This document shows positions 1 to 5,944 of a stretch of 6,441 nucleotides of DNA, one piece after another. This DNA comes from a virus. Lineage: Duplodnaviria; Heunggongvirae; Uroviricota; Caudoviricetes. Each line of letters opens with the position of its first letter. Position 1 is the stretch's first letter. The notes below the pieces were generated by a model. The model did not search any database. It was not told the DNA's origin and was given only the letters and a program-made list of their open reading frames with translations. The stretch covers positions 1 through 6,441 of IMG/VR virus record IMGVR_UViG_2695420889_000001. The stretch is one strand, 5' to 3'. A program made the position numbers and the translations under genes.

Positions 1-32
1 GCAAAAGAGAGTCAGGGCAGATAAGTGTGGTG

Positions 33-109
33 TGGCGCGTTGTACTGGATTCGAACCAGTGACCGATTGCTTAGAAGGCAATTGCTCTGTCCGGCTGAGC
101 TAACAACGC
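33..109 (-). tRNA. tRNA-Arg, anticodon UCU (reads AGA/AGG)
   Basis: Minus-strand read GCGTTGT-TA-GCTC...GAGC-A-ATTGC-CTTCTAA-GCAAT-CGGTC-ACTGG-TTCGAAT-CCAGT-ACAACGC-G-CCA folds as a full cloverleaf with a perfect 7-bp acceptor stem, encoded CCA and anticodon TCT. By position it matches the distal Arg tRNA of the Stx-phage ileZ-argN-argO trio; that naming is analogy only. Confidence 0.88.
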
Positions 110-122
110 ATGATGCTGATAA

Positions 123-199
123 TGGACTGCCATCGGGGACTTGAACCCCGCACAGCCAGCTTCGAAGGCTGGCGCTCTGTCCCGATGAGCTAATGGCGG
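123..199 (-). tRNA. tRNA-Arg, anticodon UCG (reads CGA, possibly CGG)
   Basis: Minus-strand read CCGCCAT-TA-GCTC...GAGC-G-CCAGC-CTTCGAA-GCTGG-CTGTG-CGGGG-TTCAAGT-CCCCG-ATGGCAG-T-CCA. D, anticodon and T arms are canonical; the acceptor stem has one C2:A71 mismatch. Anticodon TCG. Confidence 0.75.
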
Positions 200-208
200 T
201 ATGTGATA

Positions 209-284
209 TGGTGGCCCTTGCTGGATTTGAACCAGCGACCTGGCGATTATGAGTCGCTCGCTCTCACCACTGAGCTAAAGGGCC
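209..284 (-). tRNA. ileZ: tRNA-Ile2-like, anticodon CAU (lysidine type, reads AUA); tRNA-Met not excluded on anticodon alone
   Basis: Minus-strand read GGCCCTT-TA-GCTCAGTGGTGAGAGC-G-AGCGA-CTCATAA-TCGCC-AGGTC-GCTGG-TTCAAAT-CCAGC-AAGGGCC-A-CCA. It resembles E. coli ileX as recalled from memory much more than elongator tRNA-Met. One A27:C43 mismatch in the anticodon stem. Confidence 0.88.
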
Positions 285-293
285 GGAAGCAGA

Positions 294-322
294 ATAATAA
301 TGGTGCGTAATTAATTCTGCAA
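294..322 (-). promoter_or_regulatory. Candidate sigma70 promoter for the tRNA cluster (-35 TTGCAG, 17-bp spacer, -10 TATTAT)
   Basis: Minus strand between the methyltransferase stop and the tRNA-Ile 5' end reads TTGCAG-aattaattacgcaccat-TATTAT-tctgcttcc-GGCC(tRNA). The -10 is a 5/6 match, the -35 a 3/6 match. Hexamer match only. Confidence 0.3.
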
Positions 323-333
323 TCTCATCCGTT

Positions 334-1383
334 TCAAACGATTAAATCCTGAACTTCCCTGACTGTCTGCTCAAAACGTCCGGTCTCCAGCTCAACACCA
401 ATCGCACGACGCCCCAGTGCCATCGCCGCTTTTACCGTTGAACCCGACCCCATGAAAAAATCCGCAACCAGATCACCAGGACGACTACTTGCGCTGATTA
501 TCTGCTGCAGCATTTCTGCCGGTTTTTCGCACGGATGTTTCCCGGGATAGAACTGCACCGGTTTATGTGTCCACACATCCGTGTACGGCACCTGCGCCGT
601 CACACCAAAATACCGCCGCAGATGCTTATATTCACTCTGCAGCTCCACATACTGCCGGTTCAGTGACGTATACGTATCCACCAGCTGGTGGTGGGGCTTT
701 TCCAGTTCACCGCGCTGATGTTTCTCTTCTGCCACCCGGGCAAACAGCGCCTGTAATTTCAGATAATCACTTTCGTTCGGCAACTGCCACTGACCGGCAC
801 TGAACCAGTGCGACACCATGTTTTTCTTTCCTGTGGCATCTGCAATCTGTTTTGCCGTTATCCCCAGGGCAGCGCGCGCATCACGAAAGTAAGCAATCAG
901 CGGGGCCATCACATGCTGTTTCAGTGCCCTGCCCTTCGCCTCATACCCGGCATCTTTCGGACGATACGGCCCCTGATAATGTTCCGCGAACAGAATGCGC
1001 TCTGTGGCGGGGAAATACGCCCGCAGGCTTTCCTTGTTGCATCCGTTCCAGCGTCCGGACGGCTTCGCCCAGATAATATGGTTCAGCACACTGAAGCGTT
1101 CACGCATCATGATTTCGATATCAGATGCCCGGCGATGACCACAGAACAGGTAAAGACTTCCGGCAGGTTTCAGCACCCGCCAGAACTGCGCCAGACACTG
1201 GTCCAGCCACTTCAGGTAATCATCGTCGCCCTTCCACTGGTTATCCCAGCCCTCAGGCTTCACTTTAAAGTACGGCGGGTCCGTGACTATCAGGTCAACA
1301 GAATTTTCGGGTAACGACCGGATAAATTCCAGGCAGTCGGCGTTGATTAACTCACAACTGGATATTTTTACAGTATTAAACAT
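334..1383 (-). CDS. DNA N6-adenine methyltransferase, beta-class (N6_N4_Mtase family), apparently orphan
   Basis: 349-aa ORF with ATG start. Motif IV DLIVTDPPY at residues 31-38, HPCEKP at 283-288 and AdoMet motif FFMGSGST at 309-316; the IV-before-I order defines the beta class and DPPY favours N6-adenine. No restriction endonuclease ORF is adjacent in the window. Confidence 0.9.
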   Translation of the reverse strand: MFNTVKISSCELINADCLEFIRSLPENSVDLIVTDPPYFKVKPEGWDNQWKGDDDYLKWLDQCLAQFWRVLKPAGSLYLFCGHRRASDIEIMMRERFSVLNHIIWAKPSGRWNGCNKESLRAYFPATERILFAEHYQGPYRPKDAGYEAKGRALKQHVMAPLIAYFRDARAALGITAKQIADATGKKNMVSHWFSAGQWQLPNESDYLKLQALFARVAEEKHQRGELEKPHHQLVDTYTSLNRQYVELQSEYKHLRRYFGVTAQVPYTDVWTHKPVQFYPGKHPCEKPAEMLQQIISASSRPGDLVADFFMGSGSTVKAAMALGRRAIGVELETGRFEQTVREVQDLIV

Positions 1384-1415
1384 GGATCATTAAGCCTGTC
1401 TCTGATAGGCTCATT

Positions 1416-1434
1416 CTGCTTTTGCGCAAAGCAG
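1416..1434. promoter_or_regulatory. Inverted repeat with perfect 10-bp palindromic core TTTGCGCAAA; candidate operator or promoter upstream of the methyltransferase
   Basis: Plus strand ctgct-TTTGCGCAAA-gcag, about 35-50 bp upstream of the methyltransferase ATG. On the minus strand it overlaps a weak promoter-like arrangement (TTGCGC, 16-bp spacer, TATCAG). Confidence 0.3.
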
Positions 1435-1520
1435 TGGGCCTTAGGTTTGCTTGTGATCCAGACGCATGAGCAGATGGCTGGTGAGTGCCCCTAACACCCA
1501 CCAGCCGCCCATTTACCACA

Positions 1521-1548
1521 AATAAAAAAGCCTTCAGGACTGAAGGCG
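1521..1548 (-). terminator. Rho-independent terminator
   Basis: Minus strand GCCTTCAG-tc-CTGAAGGC (7-8 bp GC-containing stem) followed directly by TTTTTTATTT. The hairpin overlaps the last codons and stop of the small upstream ORF. Confidence 0.75.
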
Positions 1549-1731
1549 TCTGTAACAACCGAACTGATAGTCTGCCAGACCCGCCATAACAAGCTGGGTC
1601 AGTATTAGCTGGCAGCGTTCGCGTGAAAGGTACGTATTCTGTGCAATCTCCCCGACAGTCGCCGGTTCGGTGGCACTTAATTCATTAAAAACCACTCTGG
1701 CGGTTTCGGTCATATCCTGCTGTTTCAGCAT
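1534..1731 (-). CDS. Small hypothetical protein (65 aa from the ATG) with a winged-helix or HTH-like segment
   Basis: The ORF track gives 1534..1818, but codon 1 there is GTG with no SD. The in-frame ATG at 1731 is preceded by AAGGGAAAAAGAC. Product MLKQQDMTETARVVFNELSATEPATVGEIAQNTYLSRERCQLILTQLVMAGLADYQFGCYRRLQS has an HTH-like core (TVGEIAQNTYLSRERCQLILTQL). Contains rare codons AGA x2, ATA and CTA. Confidence 0.5.
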   Translation of the reverse strand: MLKQQDMTETARVVFNELSATEPATVGEIAQNTYLSRERCQLILTQLVMAGLADYQFGCYRRLQS

Positions 1732-1852
1732 GTCTTTTTCCCTTTTCCGGTTAACGTGACACACCAATAACTCTTGTCGAAAAAGCCAGCAAGCTGAAAG
1801 ACCGGTATTCACAACCACCAGCGCGTTTACTGTACATGACCGATTTCAGCCA

Positions 1853-1878
1853 TAAAAAAACCCGCTCGCGGCGGGTTT
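1853..1878 (-). terminator. Rho-independent terminator immediately downstream of Q (tR'-like)
   Basis: Minus strand AAACCCGC-cgcga-GCGGGTTT followed by TTTTTTTA, about 70 nt after the Q stop codon. Confidence 0.8.
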
Positions 1879-1946
1879 AAGCTGTGTGGCGAAGTAACCA
1901 CTCTTAACATACTGACATACTTTTTGCGGACCGCGCTAATCATTTT
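1879..1946 (-). promoter_or_regulatory. Expected position of the late promoter and Q-utilisation site (pR'/qut); hexamers not resolved
   Basis: Position only: between the Q stop (1947-1949) and the tR'-like terminator. No convincing -35/-10 pair was found by eye. A TTGACG hexamer inside the Q 3' end lacks a partner -10. Confidence 0.25.
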
Positions 1947-2327
1947 TTACTTTTTTAGCAGCCAGTCGTCCATCTCCAGTCTTACCCCCAGCACAGACAA
2001 ACATCCGTCAATAAACCCTTCGGCTATCTGCATCTCAATTCGTATTGCTTTTTCACTTTTCTTTCTCGTCCTGGCTATCTGTCTTTTTGATATTCGCAAC
2101 AAATAATGAGCAATGAGAAGCGAATACTCCTCAGGTTTTTTCTGCTTCAGACGAGCAAGACAGTTTTCAATGATAAGTCCGTCATCATCGCAGCAGGCCG
2201 GACGTGGTTTAGTGGCAGATGGTAAAAGTCCTTTGAATCCGGCAGCGATCGGAGAATAGTCCACCCCGGTGTTACCACTTGCCGCCCATGCCCCCCAGCG
2301 TTCAAGAACCATCTGAATATCACGCAT
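1947..2327 (-). CDS. Q: Late-gene antitermination protein Q (82/QuuD-like family)
   Basis: 126 aa from the ATG at 2327, preceded by GGAGA with 6-nt spacing; the ORF-track start at 2342 is TTG. N-terminus MRDIQMVLERWGAWA and a CC-containing core match what I recall of QuuD-type Q proteins. It is followed directly by an intrinsic terminator and the late-region cargo. Confidence 0.75.
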   Translation of the reverse strand: MRDIQMVLERWGAWAASGNTGVDYSPIAAGFKGLLPSATKPRPACCDDDGLIIENCLARLKQKKPEEYSLLIAHYLLRISKRQIARTRKKSEKAIRIEMQIAEGFIDGCLSVLGVRLEMDDWLLKK

Positions 2328-2344
2328 CAACTTTCTCCACAAAA

Positions 2345-3340
2345 TCAGGCCAGCACGCCAATTGCCAGTGCACGATCGATAAAACGAAATATCAGCTCCA
2401 GCTGGGAGCCATACTTCTCTTCAAATGCCACGGTATCCGCATGCAGCTCGTCATGGTGTTTTCTGCACAAAGGCAACACAAAAAGGTCATGCGCTTTTGT
2501 ACCCATTCCACCCTGACCATGACCAATCAGGTGATGAGGATCGTCGGCTGGCTTACCACAACATGCACACGGCTGCGTCTTAACCCAGCGCGTGTACTTT
2601 TCATTAACCCAGCGACGACGTTTGGGGCGTAACATAAAAGACTCCGGCGACTCCGGATCCACTTTCAGCGCCAGCACCTTTTTCGCTTTATCCTGGATGA
2701 TGCTGGTGGCAGGAACCGAAGGCACAAGGTCACTTTCCCGGGTGACAGACGGCACAACAGGTTTCGGTAATCTCAGCGCCTTACGGGCTGCGCTTTCAGG
2801 TAAGGCATCCGCCAGGTCATTACGAATCAGCCACCAGCACAGTTCCGGCATTGTCACGGCATGGTTATCATCAAAACCGAGATCCCGACGGACTACAGAC
2901 AACACCCAGCGGGCACAGTTATCCGTTGCCATTGATTCCAGCCGTTCCGTGAACTGATCGCGCAGCTGGTTATCGCAGTGCCAGCACAGACGGATTGCGC
3001 CCGGAGCGTGTCGCATTGTGGTCATGTTCTCGCTGTGCCATCCGGAATGAGGCCACTGGCAGCCTTTTTCACGAAGTAACCAGCTTTCAAGACATTCCAC
3101 GCCACCAGCACGACGGATCACTGCCTCATTGCGGAACACGGCCCGAACGGCAGGATCATCCGCCAGCGGTTGTGATGCTGCCGGAACGGCACCGCTGGCG
3201 AAAGATGAATAACGTTCCGGCTCAGGCTCCAGCAGGACACGCCCCTGCATAAACAGGGGCATCAGCTCTGAACCGGGTCTGAACAATACAATCCCCATTC
3301 GCGGGGCAATTTCAGGAGTCAACAATGCTCTCACGGTCAC
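2345..3340 (-). CDS. DUF968-family (YdfU-like) protein with C-terminal Cys/His-rich HNH-like motif; start codon uncertain
   Basis: Long minus-strand ORF. C-terminal region KTQPCACCGKPADDPHHLIGHG...LCRKHHDELH resembles the HNH-like DUF968 domain of lambdoid prophage proteins. The 3340 start is GTG; in-frame ATGs at 3298, 3262 and 3250 are alternatives and none has a strong SD. Confidence 0.65.
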   Translation of the reverse strand: MTVRALLTPEIAPRMGIVLFRPGSELMPLFMQGRVLLEPEPERYSSFASGAVPAASQPLADDPAVRAVFRNEAVIRRAGGVECLESWLLREKGCQWPHSGWHSENMTTMRHAPGAIRLCWHCDNQLRDQFTERLESMATDNCARWVLSVVRRDLGFDDNHAVTMPELCWWLIRNDLADALPESAARKALRLPKPVVPSVTRESDLVPSVPATSIIQDKAKKVLALKVDPESPESFMLRPKRRRWVNEKYTRWVKTQPCACCGKPADDPHHLIGHGQGGMGTKAHDLFVLPLCRKHHDELHADTVAFEEKYGSQLELIFRFIDRALAIGVLA

Positions 3341-3385
3341 CTCAGCGAACGATATTGCATGAACACAGGAGAAAAAATTCAGCCA

Positions 3386-3643
3386 TCACGCAGTAAACTC
3401 CTTCACCAGAGTTTCAAACTGGCTTACCTTGCCTTCCAGTTCCGCCACGCAATCCACCAGCTCATCCACCGCCTTTTGTGTGCGGTGTTTTGCCTGCAGC
3501 AGATCACGAAGCGCCGGAGTAAGCTGCTTGCGGAGCGTATCCTTTGCCACGCTCATTTTTTCCATCTGTTCAGCACAACGAAGCATCTCCTGCGCCTGCC
3601 GACGAAGTTGTTCCGGTGAAACAGTGGTTGTTCTGTTGTTCAA
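3386..3643 (-). CDS. Small hypothetical coiled-coil protein (85 aa from TTG, or 66 aa from the ATG at 3586)
   Basis: The TTG start is preceded by GGAG at 8-nt spacing and overlaps the helicase TGA stop (TTGA). Product is rich in E/K/Q/L/R. An equal-length ORF on the opposite strand (3359..3619) looks like an antisense artefact. Confidence 0.45.
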   Translation of the reverse strand: MNNRTTTVSPEQLRRQAQEMLRCAEQMEKMSVAKDTLRKQLTPALRDLLQAKHRTQKAVDELVDCVAELEGKVSQFETLVKEFTA

Positions 3644-5040
3644 AATAAACGCTCCGTTTTACTACCCGACATGCGGTTATTGCTGTATCTGCGCGGATTG
3701 CCCGGCGTCATGGGAGTGGAAAGAACCCGGGCACTCTCCTGATCCACAGGCAGAAAATGCCCGTTATGAAAACGCCGGTAAATGGTACCCAGCGTGCCAT
3801 TACGCTGTTTCGTGATGTTGATTTCTGCTATGCCTCTCGCCAGTGTCTCCGGGTTGTACACCTCATCCCTGTAAAGCATCAGAATGATGTCTGCATCCGC
3901 CTCTATTTCCCCGGAGTTTTTCAGGTCCGAGTTCATGGGGCGTTTATTGGGTCTGGATTCCACGCCACGGGAGAGCTGGCTCAGAGCAATCAGCGGAAAA
4001 CCGCCGGATTTTGCCAGGCTTTTAAGTCCCTTTGAGATTTCCCCCACAGCAAGGTCGTGACGCCCCGTGCTGCGGGTTTTAATCAGGCCGAGGTAATCGA
4101 CCACCACCAGCGCCGTTTCCGGATGCTTCATCCGGTGGTGCCTCGTGGTTGCACATATCTCATCAATGGTCAGATTTGCCTGGTCCACCATCCAGATATT
4201 ACGCCCCGTCATTCGTCCCACGCCCTGTGAGAAACGCGCCCAGTCTTCATCTTCAAAACGGGCAACAGACTTAAGACGGGATACCGGCATTCCCCCTGCT
4301 GCAGACACCATACGTTCACCAATCTGGATGTTCGCCATCTCCATGGTGAACAGAAGCACGCCATGCCCCTGCTCAGTCACCTTGTCGATGATGTCCAGCG
4401 CAAGTTCTGTTTTCCCCATCGAAGGACGGGCGGCAATGAATACCAGGTCTCCGGGCTCCATACCGCCCGTTTTTGCGTCCAGTTCATCAATACCGGTCAT
4501 CAGCGCCCTGGATTTCTCCAGTCCCTGATTCCGGCATTCAACACGGCCCACCACTTCCGGAAGGACATCATCAATGTGAACCGGCTGAATGACGCCCTTT
4601 CCGGTCGACAGTGAGGCCATCATGTTCTGCGCATCCTTCAGGGCATCTTCTGCCGCTTCGCAGGTATGTGCATCACGTAAATTCTGTAATGCTTCAGTCA
4701 GTGTTTTTTCTGCATCGCGCAGTGCGGCATTGCGTCGCAGCGCTGCAACATAGTGCTCCAGTGAAGACTTCACCCAGGTTTTGCGCCCGGTGTCGGTAAT
4801 CACCGGGGCAAGTTCCGGCATCTCATTGCACAGCAGCACGGGGTCAATGACGCCGGATACGCGGGCCTGTCTGCAAATCCCCGCGTAAATATCCCGGTAC
4901 TGACGCACGAAAAATACATCCGCCGGAAGCGTGGCCAGAATATCCATCACTTCCGGATCAGCCCCACGCAGAAAAAACGCGCCAATCACCGCACCTTCCA
5001 GGTCATCATTACGCCACACCGGATTTGTTGGGTTTGTCAT
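3640..5040 (-). CDS. Replicative DNA helicase, DnaB family
   Basis: 466 aa from the ATG at 5040, which overlaps the upstream gene's stop as ATGA; the ORF-track start at 5079 is TTG. DnaB-like N-terminal domain, Walker A ARPSMGKTELAL and the RecA-like core of DnaB helicases. Confidence 0.9.
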   Translation of the reverse strand: MTNPTNPVWRNDDLEGAVIGAFFLRGADPEVMDILATLPADVFFVRQYRDIYAGICRQARVSGVIDPVLLCNEMPELAPVITDTGRKTWVKSSLEHYVAALRRNAALRDAEKTLTEALQNLRDAHTCEAAEDALKDAQNMMASLSTGKGVIQPVHIDDVLPEVVGRVECRNQGLEKSRALMTGIDELDAKTGGMEPGDLVFIAARPSMGKTELALDIIDKVTEQGHGVLLFTMEMANIQIGERMVSAAGGMPVSRLKSVARFEDEDWARFSQGVGRMTGRNIWMVDQANLTIDEICATTRHHRMKHPETALVVVDYLGLIKTRSTGRHDLAVGEISKGLKSLAKSGGFPLIALSQLSRGVESRPNKRPMNSDLKNSGEIEADADIILMLYRDEVYNPETLARGIAEINITKQRNGTLGTIYRRFHNGHFLPVDQESARVLSTPMTPGNPRRYSNNRMSGSKTERLF

Positions 5041-5927
5041 GCTGCCACACCTCTGATATGCGCACGGTAGCTTTCCCAACCAAACACCAGGCAGTTACGC
5101 CCACCATCAGTAACGCGATCCACAATCCGTTCACCAATGGATTCCTTAAGCTGTTCAAAAGTCAGGTTGCTGATCAAAATTGTCGGTAAAACGCTTTCGT
5201 AACGCGCATTTATGATTTCCTGCAGGATGGTTATCTCCGCAGGCGTACCGAACTGCACACCAACCTCATCGATAATAAGCAGGTCCAGCGATACAAAATG
5301 GTCAATAACTTCATCTTCAGTGCGCTCAGAATTGTGACGCCAGGTATTTTTCACAGCGCGGGTCAGTCGCATAACATCAGTAATTTCGACGGTCGCCAGG
5401 TGGTGGCGAATAATATTTTTTGCCATTGATACAGCCAGGTGATTTTTCCCGGTACCGCAATTGCCAATCATGATCATGCTGGTGCCTGCAGCGAGACATT
5501 TTTTCCAGGAAGCGGCGTAGCGCTGACAGGCTTCAAGGTTTTTCTGTGCGTCAGTATTCACCGCCTGATAATTATCAAACTCACAATCCTGGAACCGGCG
5601 GGCAATAGCGGCCAGATCGAGTAATTCACGAACCTTCAGGGCGCGTAATTCGTCATACACGCAGTCCAGCTCCTCACTGAGGCAGGAAAGGCAACCGGAC
5701 ACCCGTTTGACAGCTTTCCCTCTTACATCCGGGCCTGTCAGCACATAGCGTGTGTATTTTCCGTGTTTCCCGCAGGACACCGTCTCAGTGCTTTGCACCC
5801 AATGCTCACAGCGCCACGGACGCTTTCCGCCACGGACAAATGCCAGCTCCTCTTCCAGGTCTGCCTTGCGGTTAAGTAACTGCGCTTTGTCGTGTTGCAT
5901 GTATTGTTTGTTCAGGAAATTAGTCAT
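5037..5927 (-). CDS. DnaC/IstB-like AAA+ helicase loader with Cys-rich N-terminal extension
   Basis: 296 aa from the ATG at 5927; the ORF-track start at 5948 is GTG. Walker A GNCGTGKNHLA and Walker B LLIIDEVG. N-terminal ~90 aa carry a possible zinc-ribbon (WRCEHW...SCGKHGK...GCLSC). Stop overlaps the helicase start. Confidence 0.88.
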   Translation of the reverse strand: MTNFLNKQYMQHDKAQLLNRKADLEEELAFVRGGKRPWRCEHWVQSTETVSCGKHGKYTRYVLTGPDVRGKAVKRVSGCLSCLSEELDCVYDELRALKVRELLDLAAIARRFQDCEFDNYQAVNTDAQKNLEACQRYAASWKKCLAAGTSMIMIGNCGTGKNHLAVSMAKNIIRHHLATVEITDVMRLTRAVKNTWRHNSERTEDEVIDHFVSLDLLIIDEVGVQFGTPAEITILQEIINARYESVLPTILISNLTFEQLKESIGERIVDRVTDGGRNCLVFGWESYRAHIRGVAA

Positions 5928-5944
5928 TTTCACACCCCACAAAA

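Noticed and set aside
1-32. Looked for a terminator or toxin-gene promoter downstream of the last tRNA
   Set aside because: No hairpin plus T-tract and too little sequence before the window edge to call anything. Whether stx or lysis genes follow cannot be seen from this window.
808-1314. Plus-strand 168-aa ORF, and the overlapping plus-strand ORFs 567..803 and 852..1076
   Set aside because: They lie entirely antisense to the methyltransferase gene, which has unambiguous catalytic motifs. The products are Cys/Arg/Pro-rich with no recognisable motifs, typical of shadow ORFs.
1376-1558. Minus-strand 60-aa ORF spanning the methyltransferase start and the terminator
   Set aside because: It overlaps both the methyltransferase start region and the terminator hairpin, is out of frame with both neighbours, and has no SD.
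1732-1818. N-terminal extension of the small ORF to the GTG at 1818 (94-aa version)
   Set aside because: No SD upstream of the GTG, and the extra 29 residues (VVNTGLSACWLFRQELLVCHVNRKREKD) are not protein-like. The ATG at 1731 has a clear AAGGGA ribosome-binding site.
1985-2015. Near-consensus -35 hexamer TTGACG (minus strand) inside the 3' end of Q as the late promoter
   Set aside because: No acceptable -10 hexamer follows at 16-19 bp spacing, so I could not support it as a promoter.
1924-2106. Plus-strand 60-aa ORF overlapping the Q 3' end
   Set aside because: Antisense to Q, low-complexity hydrophobic product, no SD; likely a shadow ORF.
1947-2342. Longer Q start at the TTG at 2342 (131 aa)
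   Set aside because: The ATG five codons downstream has a GGAGA SD at ideal spacing and yields the recalled MRDIQ N-terminus of Q-family proteins.
3359-3619. Plus-strand 86-aa ORF mirroring the minus-strand 85-aa ORF
   Set aside because: Its composition (H/F/L/K/R-rich, low complexity) looks like the reverse-complement shadow of an E/K/Q/L-rich coding sequence. The minus-strand ORF has an SD and is coupled to the helicase stop. Ambiguity is flagged in the findings.
3429-4799. Plus-strand ORFs 3429..3815, 3757..4035, 4145..4528, 4363..4614 and 4611..4799
   Set aside because: All lie antisense within the DnaB-family helicase gene and are serine/cysteine-rich, artefact-like translations.
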